DNA from: an uncultured Acidobacteriota bacterium
GTDB lineage: Bacteria > Acidobacteriota > Thermoanaerobaculia > Gp7-AA8 > CAVUJZ01
Length of the DNA: 64,000 bases
NCBI GenBank assembly: GCA_963741905.1
Contig: CAVUJZ010000002.1
Coordinates: 8,599-72,598 of the forward strand
Direction of reading: 5' to 3'
Below are positions 49,580-59,714 of this stretch, piece by piece (position 1 is the first letter of the stretch; every line of letters begins with the position of its first letter). The notes beneath the pieces were generated by a model. The model was not told where the DNA came from and ran no database searches. It saw only the letters and a list, made by a program, of their open reading frames with translations. A program made the position numbers and the translations under genes.

Positions 49580-50437
49580 CTAGTGTGACCGACCAGGCTT
49601 CGCACTTTCAAGCCCGCATCCCGATGGCTGACACCGCGGACACCACCAGGTGAGCCGCGCATCCTCTCCCAGACGAGCCGCCTCGATCGGGGTGCCGCAC
49701 CGCCGGCAGGCCTGCCCGCCCCGACCGTAAACCCACAACCGGCCCCGGGGATCAGCCGTCCCCGTGGTTCGCCGATGATCCCTCGGCGCAAGCGGATCCC
49801 GCACCTCGCGCACATTCTTCCGCAGAAGAGCCGCGGCGAGATCGACCAGCGCTTCCAGTCTCTCCACGGAGATCTCCGCCACCGGGGAGAGCGGATTGAT
49901 CCCGGCCAGAAACAGAGCCTCCGACTTGAATACGTTCCCGACACCAGCCATGACCGACTGGCGGAGCAGTGTCACGCCGATCTGTTCATCACCGTGCTTC
50001 TCGATCCGTCGAACCACCTCGGCCGAATCAAACCGTTCGCCAAGGGGATCGGGGCCGAGCCGCTCGACCGCCTCGATGGCCGCACCTCCCGCGTGGAACT
50101 CCGCTACCGGAATGGCGAAGCCCACCGCGACGTACTCCTCGTTTCCGATCACGATACGCATGTCGTCGCGGCGTCGCCGCCAGCGCTCGTCCGGACGGTA
50201 GATGTGCCAGCTCCCATTCATTCGCAGGTGCGTTCGAAGCACGAGAGGCCCTTCGAGCTCCATCAGAAGGTGCTTTCCGGATGCGGTCACCCGCAGCACT
50301 TCCCGCCCGGCGATCGGACTCTGATCGTCGACCCGGGCGAGCTGAGCCAGGACGGTTTCGAACCGGGTCACTCTTCGCCCGGCGAGGGCGCGGTTCAGAG
50401 CACGGGCGCTGCGGAAAATCGTGTCTCCCTCAGGCAT
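49580..50437 (-). CDS. nei: Fpg/Nei-family DNA glycosylase (endonuclease VIII-like)
   Basis: It has N-terminal MPEGDTI (catalytic Pro2/Glu3), H2TH ...AGVGNVFKSEALF..., and a C-terminal zinc finger CRRCGTPI...CPRCQ. The start at 50437 overlaps the lhr stop. Confidence 0.85.
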   Translation of the reverse strand: MPEGDTIFRSARALNRALAGRRVTRFETVLAQLARVDDQSPIAGREVLRVTASGKHLLMELEGPLVLRTHLRMNGSWHIYRPDERWRRRRDDMRIVIGNEEYVAVGFAIPVAEFHAGGAAIEAVERLGPDPLGERFDSAEVVRRIEKHGDEQIGVTLLRQSVMAGVGNVFKSEALFLAGINPLSPVAEISVERLEALVDLAAALLRKNVREVRDPLAPRDHRRTTGTADPRGRLWVYGRGGQACRRCGTPIEAARLGEDARLTWWCPRCQPSGCGLESAKPGRSH

Positions 50438-53400
50438 GAGAGCGGTCCCCGGTCCGGCGCAGCAGATAGCCTTTGACCCCGGGCCGGAAGCCGACGCGGC
50501 GAAGCTCCTCGCCCAGGGGATGCTCCGCAACCGGCATCCCGTTGATCTCGCCGATCAGGAGTGCACGGCGCTCGCCCTCCTCGACCAGTCGCTGAAACTC
50601 CCGAGCCAGCGCGACCGCCGTCTTCGAGCGTTCCGGCTCGGCCTCGGGCAGATCGACCAGCACCTGGCGTTCTCCTCTCGAGATCCATGCGCTGAGTCGT
50701 CCATCCACCAGCACCACCCGGGATCCGGCCGAACGGCTGGGAGAGCCTGGCAGGTCGGGCCACCGAAAAATCGAGCCCCAGGGGTTCGCCGGATCCGTCG
50801 AAGCGAGGGAGAACACCTCCGGGTCGCCCTCCGAGTTACGACAGGCCCGAAGGCGATCCACCGCACCCGGCAACGCGAACTGCATCGCCGCCACGCCCGC
50901 GAGAAAGTACCCGCGCCGGATTCGCCCGCTCTCCTCCATCGCCCTCAGAACAGGATAAATCGTTCGGAAGCCACCCCGCAGCCCCTCCGCATCCCCCGAC
51001 TCCCGAGCCAGGACCCCATAGCGCGACAGAAGCTGCTGCGACCAGGCAGTGCCCCGCTCCGCAGCGCTCATCTCCAGAACCGGCACGAGACTCCACCGTC
51101 CCTCCAGGGTTGGAGGCAGCCGGCGTCTCGACCGGAATCCCACACCCGTGGTGCGCTGCCGGCGAGCTGGCCGGACCCGCGAGCGGACCGGGTGAAACGA
51201 ATCGTTGGTGACCATGCCCCGCCAGACGAGACTCCACACCGCATCAGTCACCTCGTCCGGGAACCCGCCCCCGATCCCGGCCAGAATGGCACTGAAGAAC
51301 GACGCCCCCTCTTCGGAGAGGAAATCGAGAACGCGGGATTCCAGGTCGCTGAAGGCCAGTTCCGGGTCCGGGGGCTGGAACAGCCGGGGGAGATCGTCCG
51401 CGAGATAGAGCGCGACCCGGCCGTCCCTCTCGCCGATCGGCGCGATGCCGGCCCAGGCGATCTCTCCCGCGGACATCAGCGTGTCGAGGTCGGAGGGTCG
51501 ATACGAGCCCAGTCTGGAAGGAAGAATCACCGTCTCCAGATCGGATGCAGGCAGCGGACATCCCTGGAGGTTCTCCACAACGTCGAGAAGTGCATTCAGG
51601 CCTGTCCGCGGGCGGCCAATCCCCTGCCATCCCGCCAGAAATCGTCCGAACACCTCCGGCTCGGCCGGCTCGATCTGATGCCGCAGCCGGGCGAGCGATC
51701 GTCGACGAATTCTCGCCAGAACCGATCTTTCGCACCATTCCCGCTGGGTTCCATCCGGCCGGAATTCACCTTCGATGAGCCTGCCTGCAAGACTCAGTCG
51801 CTCGAGGATCTGCTCGACCACCCGAGCACCGAGCCGGAAGCGGGAGGCCACCGATCGCGCCTCGAACGGACCATGGGTCCGCGCGTACCGCAAGATCAGA
51901 TCGCCGAGAGGATCCTGCACCGGCTCGAGCAAACGCTCGGGGAGTCCCTGTGGAAGGGGCACACCGAGGCCGTCGCGATACCGCGCCGCATCTTCTGCGG
52001 CGATGATCCGGGTTTCGCCTCCCAGACGGATCTCGATTGCCCGGCGGCTCTCCAGCAGATCCGCCACGATCGCGTCGATCCCGGCCTCTCCCCGCTCCCG
52101 GATCTCGTCGAGTGACAGATCCCCCAGATGCAGAAGCAGGTCGTGCAGGTCGTCCAGATGACGGATCCTGCGCTCTCCGCGCCACTGAATCTCGCCCTCG
52201 ACCTGTTCGATCACCTCCGTTTCCAGAAGCTCCCGAAGCTCGACATCGCCCATCAACTCGCGAAGCTGAGCCGGATCGATGGCCAGAGCCTGAGCCCGAC
52301 GTTCCGCCAGCGGAGCATCCCCGTCGTAGATGTAGTTCGCGACGTAGCGGAACAGGAGAGAACCGGCGAACGGGGACGGCGTGGCAGTTTCGACGATCTC
52401 CACACGCACGGCGCGTTCGCGGATCCGAACCGCCAGGTCGACCAGCGCGGGCAGGTCGAACACATCCACCAGGCATTCGCGGTAGGTTTCCAGAAGGATG
52501 GGGAAACCGCTGAATTTCGAGGCCGCCTGCAGCAGGTCCGCGGCCCGCTTGCGCTGCTGCCACAGAGGAGTCCTCGAGCCTGGACGCCGCTTCGGCAGCA
52601 GCAGCGCCCGGCCGGCGTTTTCCCGAAACCGGGCCGCGAAGAGCGAGCTCGAAGCGAGCTGCCGAACCACCAGGTCGCGGATCGTCTCCGGATCCGGAAT
52701 GACCAGGTCCGCATCGGGCATCGTCTCGCTCTCCGGAAATCGCACGATGAAACCGTCGTCACTCCACATCACCTCGACATCGAGCCCCCGCTCCTCCCGG
52801 ACCCGCGCCACCACCGCCATTGCCCATGGTGCATGGACCTTCCCTCCGAACGGGGAAAGGACACAGATCCGCCAGTCCCCCAGGTCGTCGGGACAGCGTT
52901 CGATCACGAGGGTCCGATCATCCGGAATTGCGCTTCCGGATTGCTTCTGGTCCCGGAGATACTGCAGGAGGTTGGCGCTCGCCAGGTCATCGAGGCGGTG
53001 CCGTTCCCGCAGACGCCGTTGCGCATCGGCCGGAGGCTGCTCCTGAAGCTCACGAAGAAGGCCGCCGATCTCCCGACCGAACTCCGCCGGCCGTTCGGCC
53101 GCCTCCCCCTTCCAGAAGGGCATCTTTCCACGCTCTCCCGGCGCCGGAGAGACCATCACACGATTCCAGTCGATCTCCTCGATCCGCCAGGTGGATGCGC
53201 CCAGGACGAACGTTTCCCCCTCGCGGGACTCGAATACCATCTCCTCGTCGAGCTCTCCGACCCGGGCACTGCGGCCTTCGCCTCCGGCCAGGAAGACTCC
53301 ATACAGCCCACGATCCGGAATGGTGCCCCCGTTGATCACCGCAAGACGTTGTGCCCCCGCCCTCGCCTCGACCATCCCGCCGATGCGGTCCCAGTTGATC

Positions 53401-54947
53401 CGGGGCCGGAGCTCCGAGAAGTCATCCGACGGATAGACGCCGGAGAGCATGTCGAGAACGGCATCGAACATCGACCGTCGGAGCTCGGCGAAGGGCGCGG
53501 CCTGCCGGATGGTGGCGAACAACTCGTCGACCGCCCACGGCTCCATGGCGACCATCGCGACGACCTGCTGGGCGAGGACGTCGAGAGGATTGCGGGGATA
53601 GCGGCTGGCCTCGATTCTTCCGGAGAGCATGGCGTCGCTCACCGCGGCGCAGGCCACCAGATCGCCCCGGTACTTCGGAATGATGACGCCACCGCTGACC
53701 GCTCCGACCTGGTGACTGGCACGCCCGATCCGCTGCATTCCAGCAGCGATGGACGGAGGTGCCTCGATCTGGATCACCAGATCGATCGCCCCCATGTCGA
53801 TTCCAAGCTCGAGCGACGAGGTGGCGATCAGGGCGGGTAATCGTCCCGACTTCAACGCGTCCTCGATCTCCACCCTCTGTTCGCGCGCCAGAGACCCGTG
53901 GTGCGCACGAGCGACCGGCTCTCCCGCAAGCTCGTTGAGCGCTGCCGCGAGCCGCTCCGCAAGACGCCGGCTGTTGACGAAGACCAGCGTGGAACGGTGC
54001 TCTCGCACCAGGGCCAGCAGCCGCGGATGAATCGCCGGCCAGATCGAATGCCGGACTTCCGGCTGTGCCGCGGGTCCGCTCGGAATCTCCTCCACCTCGC
54101 CGATCCGGGCCATGTCCTCGACCGGCACTTCCACCGAGATCTCCAGCCGCCTCGCCTCCCCCGTATCGACGATGGTCACCGGTCGGAACACCGGAGCGGG
54201 CTCCGCCGCGCCTATCGAGCTCTCCACCTCGGCCGAGTCGATGTGGTGCTCGGAATCGCCTTCCCGGGCCGGCTCGAGAGCGCAGTCCGTTCTGAAGGCG
54301 CCACCGAGGAACCGGGCAACTTCATCGAGCGGCCGCTGGGTGGCCGACAGGCCGATCCGCTGGGGCGAGCGCTCACAGAGCGCCTCCAGGCGCTCCAGAG
54401 AGAGGGCCAGATGCGAGCCGCGCTTGGTCGGAACCAGGGCGTGGATCTCGTCGATGATCACCGTCTCCACCGAGCGGAGCACCTCCCGGGCCCGTGAGGT
54501 CAGCAGCAGATACAACGACTCCGGAGTGGTGATCAGGATGTCCGCCGGGTTCCGCGCGAATCGAGCCCGTTCGGCGGCGGGGGTGTCTCCGGTCCGGATC
54601 CAGACGTCCGGGAAATGAAACGGAACATCCTGCTCCCCGGCGACATGGGCAATGCCCTGCAGAGGGGCTCGGAGGTTCCTCTCGACATCGACGGCGAGCG
54701 CCTTGAGAGGCGAGACGTAGATCGCCCGGCAACGCCGCGAGCGCTCCGGAACGGGTGCGAACATCAGGCGGTCGATGCACCAGAGGAAGGCGGCGAGCGT
54801 CTTCCCGCTCCCGGTGGGAGCGAGGATGAGAGTGGACTCGCCGGTCGAAATGGCCGGCCAGCCGAGACTCTGAGCCCGTGTCGGCTGACCGAACGAGTCG
54901 GCGAACCAACGCCGGGTCGGTGCATGAAATGCTGCAAGCGATTCCAT
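50430..54947 (-). CDS. lhr: Lhr-family large ATP-dependent DNA helicase
   Basis: It has motif I APTGSGKT and DEIH, Lhr-typical length (~1500 aa), and a conserved N-terminus FHAPTRRWFADSFGQPT. The start is taken at ATG 54947. Confidence 0.9.
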   Translation of the reverse strand: MESLAAFHAPTRRWFADSFGQPTRAQSLGWPAISTGESTLILAPTGSGKTLAAFLWCIDRLMFAPVPERSRRCRAIYVSPLKALAVDVERNLRAPLQGIAHVAGEQDVPFHFPDVWIRTGDTPAAERARFARNPADILITTPESLYLLLTSRAREVLRSVETVIIDEIHALVPTKRGSHLALSLERLEALCERSPQRIGLSATQRPLDEVARFLGGAFRTDCALEPAREGDSEHHIDSAEVESSIGAAEPAPVFRPVTIVDTGEARRLEISVEVPVEDMARIGEVEEIPSGPAAQPEVRHSIWPAIHPRLLALVREHRSTLVFVNSRRLAERLAAALNELAGEPVARAHHGSLAREQRVEIEDALKSGRLPALIATSSLELGIDMGAIDLVIQIEAPPSIAAGMQRIGRASHQVGAVSGGVIIPKYRGDLVACAAVSDAMLSGRIEASRYPRNPLDVLAQQVVAMVAMEPWAVDELFATIRQAAPFAELRRSMFDAVLDMLSGVYPSDDFSELRPRINWDRIGGMVEARAGAQRLAVINGGTIPDRGLYGVFLAGGEGRSARVGELDEEMVFESREGETFVLGASTWRIEEIDWNRVMVSPAPGERGKMPFWKGEAAERPAEFGREIGGLLRELQEQPPADAQRRLRERHRLDDLASANLLQYLRDQKQSGSAIPDDRTLVIERCPDDLGDWRICVLSPFGGKVHAPWAMAVVARVREERGLDVEVMWSDDGFIVRFPESETMPDADLVIPDPETIRDLVVRQLASSSLFAARFRENAGRALLLPKRRPGSRTPLWQQRKRAADLLQAASKFSGFPILLETYRECLVDVFDLPALVDLAVRIRERAVRVEIVETATPSPFAGSLLFRYVANYIYDGDAPLAERRAQALAIDPAQLRELMGDVELRELLETEVIEQVEGEIQWRGERRIRHLDDLHDLLLHLGDLSLDEIRERGEAGIDAIVADLLESRRAIEIRLGGETRIIAAEDAARYRDGLGVPLPQGLPERLLEPVQDPLGDLILRYARTHGPFEARSVASRFRLGARVVEQILERLSLAGRLIEGEFRPDGTQREWCERSVLARIRRRSLARLRHQIEPAEPEVFGRFLAGWQGIGRPRTGLNALLDVVENLQGCPLPASDLETVILPSRLGSYRPSDLDTLMSAGEIAWAGIAPIGERDGRVALYLADDLPRLFQPPDPELAFSDLESRVLDFLSEEGASFFSAILAGIGGGFPDEVTDAVWSLVWRGMVTNDSFHPVRSRVRPARRQRTTGVGFRSRRRLPPTLEGRWSLVPVLEMSAAERGTAWSQQLLSRYGVLARESGDAEGLRGGFRTIYPVLRAMEESGRIRRGYFLAGVAAMQFALPGAVDRLRACRNSEGDPEVFSLASTDPANPWGSIFRWPDLPGSPSRSAGSRVVLVDGRLSAWISRGERQVLVDLPEAEPERSKTAVALAREFQRLVEEGERRALLIGEINGMPVAEHPLGEELRRVGFRPGVKGYLLRRTGDRSHA

Positions 54948-55092
54948 CGACTGAGGAGTCACCTTCCGCCGGAGATCGACGACCGCGGGAGTGTCCTGAT
55001 CCGGGTGATTTTCGTCCCGAGGCTGGACATCCCGCACTTCGATTGCAAGAATAGTGGGCGTCGGAAGATACTGTGAGTGGGAAACAACGCCG

Positions 55093-55857
55093 ATGCGTGT
55101 GAAAGTTCTGGGGGCATACGGGTGTACCGACGCAACGCACAACCTGACCGGTTATCTGCTCGATGATCGGATCGCAGTTGATGCGGGGACGTTGTCATCC
55201 AAGCTCACGCTTGCACAGCAGGCGCGGATCGAGACCGTCTACATTACCCACGCTCACGCCGACCATACCCGCGACCTTCCCCACCTGATCCTCAACCGGT
55301 TCCATCAGAACGCGCCCCCGCTGACCATCCTCGCCTCGGAGGATGTGATGCACGAGCTGATGACCTACTACTTCAACGGCAACGTCTGGCCGGACTTCCA
55401 GGAGATCATCTCTCCCGAGACCGGAAAACACGCTCTGCACTACCGCGCCCTTCCCGCCGGAAAGAAATCGGTGGTCAACGGCGTTGGCTACACAGTCGTC
55501 CCCGTCACCCATACCGTTGCGGCGGCGGGAGCGATCATCCAGATCGAGTCCCAGTCCATCGTCTTCACCGGCGACACCGGACCGACCTCGGAAATCTGGA
55601 AACGGGTCAACCGGATTCAGGGAGTGGCCGCGGTGATCACCGAAGCCTCCTTCCCCAATGATTATCAGGAGCTCGCGACCAACAGCGGCCACCTGACTCC
55701 TCAGACCCTCGAGCAGGAACTGAAGAAGATCAAAGCGGACGCACCGGTCTATGCAAGCCATCGAAAACTCCCCTACGAGCGGAAGATCGAGTCGGAAATC
55801 CGCAACATCCGTGACCGGCGCGCTCGGATCCTGGTCGAAAAGCAGTACACCTTCTGA
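55093..55857 (+). CDS. MBL-fold metallo-hydrolase, class II cyclic-nucleotide phosphodiesterase-like
   Basis: It reads VLGAYGC...NLTGYLLDD..AVDAGT and has HxHxDH (ITHAHADHTRDL). Confidence 0.55.
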   Translation: MRVKVLGAYGCTDATHNLTGYLLDDRIAVDAGTLSSKLTLAQQARIETVYITHAHADHTRDLPHLILNRFHQNAPPLTILASEDVMHELMTYYFNGNVWPDFQEIISPETGKHALHYRALPAGKKSVVNGVGYTVVPVTHTVAAAGAIIQIESQSIVFTGDTGPTSEIWKRVNRIQGVAAVITEASFPNDYQELATNSGHLTPQTLEQELKKIKADAPVYASHRKLPYERKIESEIRNIRDRRARILVEKQYTF

Positions 55858-55934
55858 GCCGGGATTCTTTTTTCCACCCGTCCCCAACGGTTTCCCTCCG
55901 GGATCCGTATCTCCCGTGGAGCTGATTTCGTCCA

Positions 55935-56786
55935 ATGCCTCGTAAACCGATATCCGTTCTCATCCATACGTTGAATGAGGTCGACCTGATCGAGGAGTGC
56001 ATCCGATCAGTCGCCTGGGCCGACGAGATCTATCTACTCGATTCCTTTTCCTCCGACGGAACTCCGGAGCTGGTCCGGGAGAAGTTCCCCGAGGTGGTCG
56101 TCGAGCAGAGGGAATCGCTCGGATCTGCCGCCCAGAAGAACTATGGAATGGAACGGGTTTCCCACGACTGGATGCTCGTCGTGGACGCCGATGAACGGGT
56201 CACCCCCGAGCTGCGCGACGAAATCCTCGCTCTGCTGGAGGGCGAGCCGGATCACTGGGGCTACTCCATTGGTCGCCGGAACTTCATCCTCGGCCGCGAA
56301 GTCCGCCATTCGGGACTGCAACGGGACCGGGTAATCCGGTTCTTCAACCGGGAACATGCACGGTACCCGAACCGCCGGGTTCACGCCGAGATGATCGTGG
56401 AAGGGTCGGTCGGCCCCCTCCGGGACAAGCTCCTCCACCACTACATCCGGAGCTTCGACCACATGGCCGAGAAGATGACCCGCTACGGCATCTGGGCGGC
56501 GGCACAGATGTATCTGGACAAACGGCGGATCTCCCCGCTCGACGTGGTCCTTCATCCTCTCTGGCGTTTCTTTCGCGACTACTTCATGAATCTCGGCTTT
56601 CTCGACGGGATCCGCGGGCTGGTGGTGGTCGGGATGCACACCTACTACACCTTCCTGAAGTACGCGAAGGCCTGGGAACTGCAGCTTCTCGACCGGCGTG
56701 GCGAGCAGGTGGACCTGCCGCGACTCGATGCCGATCCCCGTCGCTGGCTCCGCCCCTGGGAAGAACCGCGCAACTCCCGGCAGTAG
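55935..56786 (+). CDS. Family 2 glycosyltransferase
   Basis: ISVLIHTLNE...LLDSFSSDGT...VVDADE shows the DxD motif. Confidence 0.75.
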   Translation: MPRKPISVLIHTLNEVDLIEECIRSVAWADEIYLLDSFSSDGTPELVREKFPEVVVEQRESLGSAAQKNYGMERVSHDWMLVVDADERVTPELRDEILALLEGEPDHWGYSIGRRNFILGREVRHSGLQRDRVIRFFNREHARYPNRRVHAEMIVEGSVGPLRDKLLHHYIRSFDHMAEKMTRYGIWAAAQMYLDKRRISPLDVVLHPLWRFFRDYFMNLGFLDGIRGLVVVGMHTYYTFLKYAKAWELQLLDRRGEQVDLPRLDADPRRWLRPWEEPRNSRQ

Positions 56787-56799
56787 CTTTCACCCCGGA

Positions 56800-57093
56800 T
56801 CAGGCGCCGGAATCCTGCCCACTCATCCGGTCCGCGAGAACCTCTGCATCCTGCTCGACCTGAGGCCGTTGCTGGGGCTCCCAGCTACGTAACGCATCCG
56901 AGGGAGAGCGGTTTTCCAGGCGGGGCCGGGAGAGAATCAGCGCGACCAGGTCGGCCACACCCCAGGTGAGAAAACAGGTCACCGAGACGACGAGGATCTG
57001 TCGCGGACTCTGGAGCGGAAGGAGAAAAAAGAGAATGGACGGCACGATCACCCCCATGGCGACCGCCCCGACCACGAGCCGTTTCCCTGTCAT
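56800..57093 (-). CDS. Small two-TM hypothetical membrane protein
   Basis: It has the hydrophobic segments VVGAVAMGVIVPSILFFLL and VSVTCFLTWGVADLVALIL. Confidence 0.4.
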   Translation of the reverse strand: MTGKRLVVGAVAMGVIVPSILFFLLPLQSPRQILVVSVTCFLTWGVADLVALILSRPRLENRSPSDALRSWEPQQRPQVEQDAEVLADRMSGQDSGA

Positions 57094-57121
57094 CGGACTA
57101 TTGTAGTGTAGAGGTGCCCCC

Positions 57122-57934
57122 TCAGCGGACGGCAACCGAGGGAGCCTGCTGCTCGATGGTCGCGGCCACCCTGCCCGCCACCTTCTCCTCGTACTCCTTC
57201 TTGAATTCCTTGACGTTCTTCACGTAGTGACGCGTCTCGCCGAACGGGGGCACGCCGTCGTACTTCCGGACGTTTCCTTCCCCACCGTTGTAGGCGGCGA
57301 TGACCTTGGTCTCATCACCATCGAATCGCTCGTGGAGATACTTCAGATACTTGGCGCCCGCACGGACATTGTCGGCTGGATTGAGCAGATTCTTCGCACC
57401 CATCCAGCGACCGGTCCGAGGCATCAGCTGCATCAGCCCCTTCGCTCCGCGATGAGACTGAGCCGTCGGCTTGAACCTCGATTCCTGCTGCACCACCGCC
57501 GCGACCAGTTCCGGCGGAAGATCGTTCTTCTTCGCTTCCTTGTAGATGATGTTGCCGAACGGCACCTGGGTCTCGAAGAAATCCTTTTTCGCCTGCTCGG
57601 AGATCAGGGTCATCTGCCGCTCAGCCTGAGCGGGATCGAGCGGGGAGGTCACATCGCCGGCCAGTGAGGCGAACTCACTGGTCACCCCATGCACCGTCTT
57701 CACCGCCTCGGCAGGGGTGCCAACGCGGTCGGTCGGGTTCATCCTCTGCGCCCGCAGCGGGATTCCGATTCCTCCCACGGCCAGTGATGCACCGAGGAGG
57801 ATCGTCCCGTACCGCTTCTTGAGCGCGCGGAATCGTTTGCTCCTGACGCGGAGGGCCTCCTCGCGGATCCTGGATCGATCCACTCCGTCGAGAAGCCTCT
57901 GCTGGAAAGAGCGGCGTGCTTCTGGTTCGGTCAT
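57122..57934 (-). CDS. Lytic transglycosylase (SLT domain) with an N-terminal membrane anchor
   Basis: It reads VVQQESRFKPTAQSHRGAKGLMQLMP...AYNGGEGNV. Confidence 0.85.
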   Translation of the reverse strand: MTEPEARRSFQQRLLDGVDRSRIREEALRVRSKRFRALKKRYGTILLGASLAVGGIGIPLRAQRMNPTDRVGTPAEAVKTVHGVTSEFASLAGDVTSPLDPAQAERQMTLISEQAKKDFFETQVPFGNIIYKEAKKNDLPPELVAAVVQQESRFKPTAQSHRGAKGLMQLMPRTGRWMGAKNLLNPADNVRAGAKYLKYLHERFDGDETKVIAAYNGGEGNVRKYDGVPPFGETRHYVKNVKEFKKEYEEKVAGRVAATIEQQAPSVAVR

Positions 57935-58171
57935 TCGATCTCCCTCTCCGAGTCGATGCGAGCCAACCAGATGATCAGCCCGAATTTTAGCACTAATTAC
58001 CAGGCAAAATTGTCGTCCTGGTTTTACGACTCATTTTTATCGTTCGATATTTCTTTCTCGGTTTCCAATTGCTGCCTTAGTTATTTGCAAGCATCACTCC
58101 AATGGACCCTTCGAAACAATCCCTTATTCGCTTTCATGCCCCTGTCCTATAACAACGTTCTGGGTCAATGA

Positions 58172-58197
58172 GATACGTACGTATCCGATCACGTGAT
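58172..58197. promoter_or_regulatory. Two adjacent perfect palindromes, GATACGTACGTATC (58172-58185) and ATCACGTGAT (58188-58197), in an AT-rich intergenic island
   Basis: I verified both by reverse complement. They lie ~85-110 nt upstream of the rlpA-like ATG (58281), in the divergent SLT/RlpA promoter region. Confidence 0.4.
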
Positions 58198-58280
58198 AAA
58201 GCGTGCCAGAACTGGGCGAGTGTCCCCTTCTGGTGACATCGCGTCGGTTCCTGGTGTCACAACGGAAAACCTGCGAAAAT

Positions 58281-58775
58281 ATGGGCATGGTGGGGACTTT
58301 ATTGAGCGCGATTCTGCTGCTGCAGAGCAGCTCAGCAGCCACGACCCATCCCTGCGAGCTTCCGGATGTGGTGGTGTCGAGACCGTTCGACTGCAAGCGG
58401 ATCAGTCCCGAACACCCGCTTTCCCCGCTTTCCCTGGTGCCGGAACCAGAGGTGCCGACCGAGCCGGCGACCGTGCTGCGAGGCCGGGCGTCCTACTACA
58501 GCGATTCGCTCGAGGGACGGCCGACCGCGAGCGGCGAGATCTTCCGCCAGAAGGATCTGACGGCAGCGCACCGCACCCTTCCACTCGGAACCATCGTCGA
58601 GGTGCGCTCGGTTGCGACCGGAAGGTCGGTTCGCGTCCGGATCAATGATCGCGGACCCTTTACCGGCGGATTCGAGATCGACCTGTCCCGAGCGGCCGCT
58701 CGGACCATCGGGGTCGATCGCGCCCGCGACCGGAGGGTGGAGATCACGATCATTCGCGAGAGCGAAGGGGAATGA
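58281..58775 (+). CDS. rlpA: RlpA-like double-psi beta-barrel (septal ring lytic transglycosylase family) protein
   Basis: It has a signal peptide (MGMVGTLLSAILLLQSSSA) and reads GRASYYSDSLEGRPTASGEIF....TAAHRTLPLGT.V.V......GRSV.VRINDRGPF. Confidence 0.8.
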   Translation: MGMVGTLLSAILLLQSSSAATTHPCELPDVVVSRPFDCKRISPEHPLSPLSLVPEPEVPTEPATVLRGRASYYSDSLEGRPTASGEIFRQKDLTAAHRTLPLGTIVEVRSVATGRSVRVRINDRGPFTGGFEIDLSRAAARTIGVDRARDRRVEITIIRESEGE

Positions 58776-58944
58776 GACCTCGGAGGCTGTGCAGAAATCG
58801 AGGGTGGATCGGCTTGCGAGCGCGACGGCAGCAGACGCGAGGCGCGGCGACGAGGCGATGCGGGCTCATCGCGGAGGAGCCGCAACGAAGCAGATGGCGT
58901 CGTCCCGCCGCAAGACGGGACGCTCGGGATTCCTGCACAGCATC

Positions 58945-59673
58945 TCAGTGTGGCTGTGCGTTCCGCGGAATGACGAAACAGAAGCGGCTGCCTTCATCCG
59001 GCGAAGACCGCACCTCGATCCGTCCTCCGGAGTCCTCGACGATCCGGCGCGCGACCCAGAGCCCATAGCCCGGACCCTCGCCCACCGACTTGTCCAGCTT
59101 CAGACCCATCTCGAAGATCTGATCGTGAAAACGGGGATCGACACCGACGCCATTGTCTTCGACGCAGACTCGAACCTCCCCATCCTCCTCGGCAGTTTTG
59201 ATCTCGACGCGACGCTCCGACTCCGGCCGCTCATTGAACGTGAGCGCGTTGCTGACCAGGATGCTGAGCACTTCCCGGATCCTTTCGGCGTCTCCCCAGA
59301 CAGAGGGGACCGAACCGCTCACCTCGAGCTGTCCCTCACCGAGCATCGCGCTCGATTTGAGCCGGACCTCGTCGATCAACTCGCCGAGATCGAGCCGCTC
59401 CGGATGCGCCGGCCGGCCGAGAAGCTTCACCAGTCGGCTCATCTCCTCCAGGGTCCGTTTCAACTGCCCGACACTGGAGCGAACCCGCTCCAGGAAGTCG
59501 CGCCCTTCTTCGTCGAGCTTTTCGCCGTACTCCGACAGGAGAAGATCGCTGAATCCGTCGATTGCGAAGATCGGCGATTTCAGATCATGCGACAGGACGC
59601 TGAACAGTTGCAGCAGGTCCTGCCTCTCGAGCACAATCCCGCCGGCGGGTGGGTGTTCTGTCTGGACTGCCAT
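58945..59673 (-). CDS. Soluble histidine kinase (HisKA + HATPase only)
   Basis: AAGGAGGG lies upstream of ATG 59673. It has H box FSVLSHDLKSPIFAI and ATPase motifs (VEDNGVGVDP, GPGYGLWVARRIV). Confidence 0.8.
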   Translation of the reverse strand: MAVQTEHPPAGGIVLERQDLLQLFSVLSHDLKSPIFAIDGFSDLLLSEYGEKLDEEGRDFLERVRSSVGQLKRTLEEMSRLVKLLGRPAHPERLDLGELIDEVRLKSSAMLGEGQLEVSGSVPSVWGDAERIREVLSILVSNALTFNERPESERRVEIKTAEEDGEVRVCVEDNGVGVDPRFHDQIFEMGLKLDKSVGEGPGYGLWVARRIVEDSGGRIEVRSSPDEGSRFCFVIPRNAQPH

Positions 59674-59714
59674 CCTGCGATGCCCTCCTTCAGCCGCTGA
59701 CCTCCTGCAAGAGC

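Noticed and set aside
57956-58171. A 71-aa ORF lies in the AT-rich island (MRANQMISPNFSTNYQ...).
   Set aside because: It has no RBS, no recognisable motif, and atypical composition that simply reflects the AT-rich DNA. I treat the interval as regulatory or non-coding.
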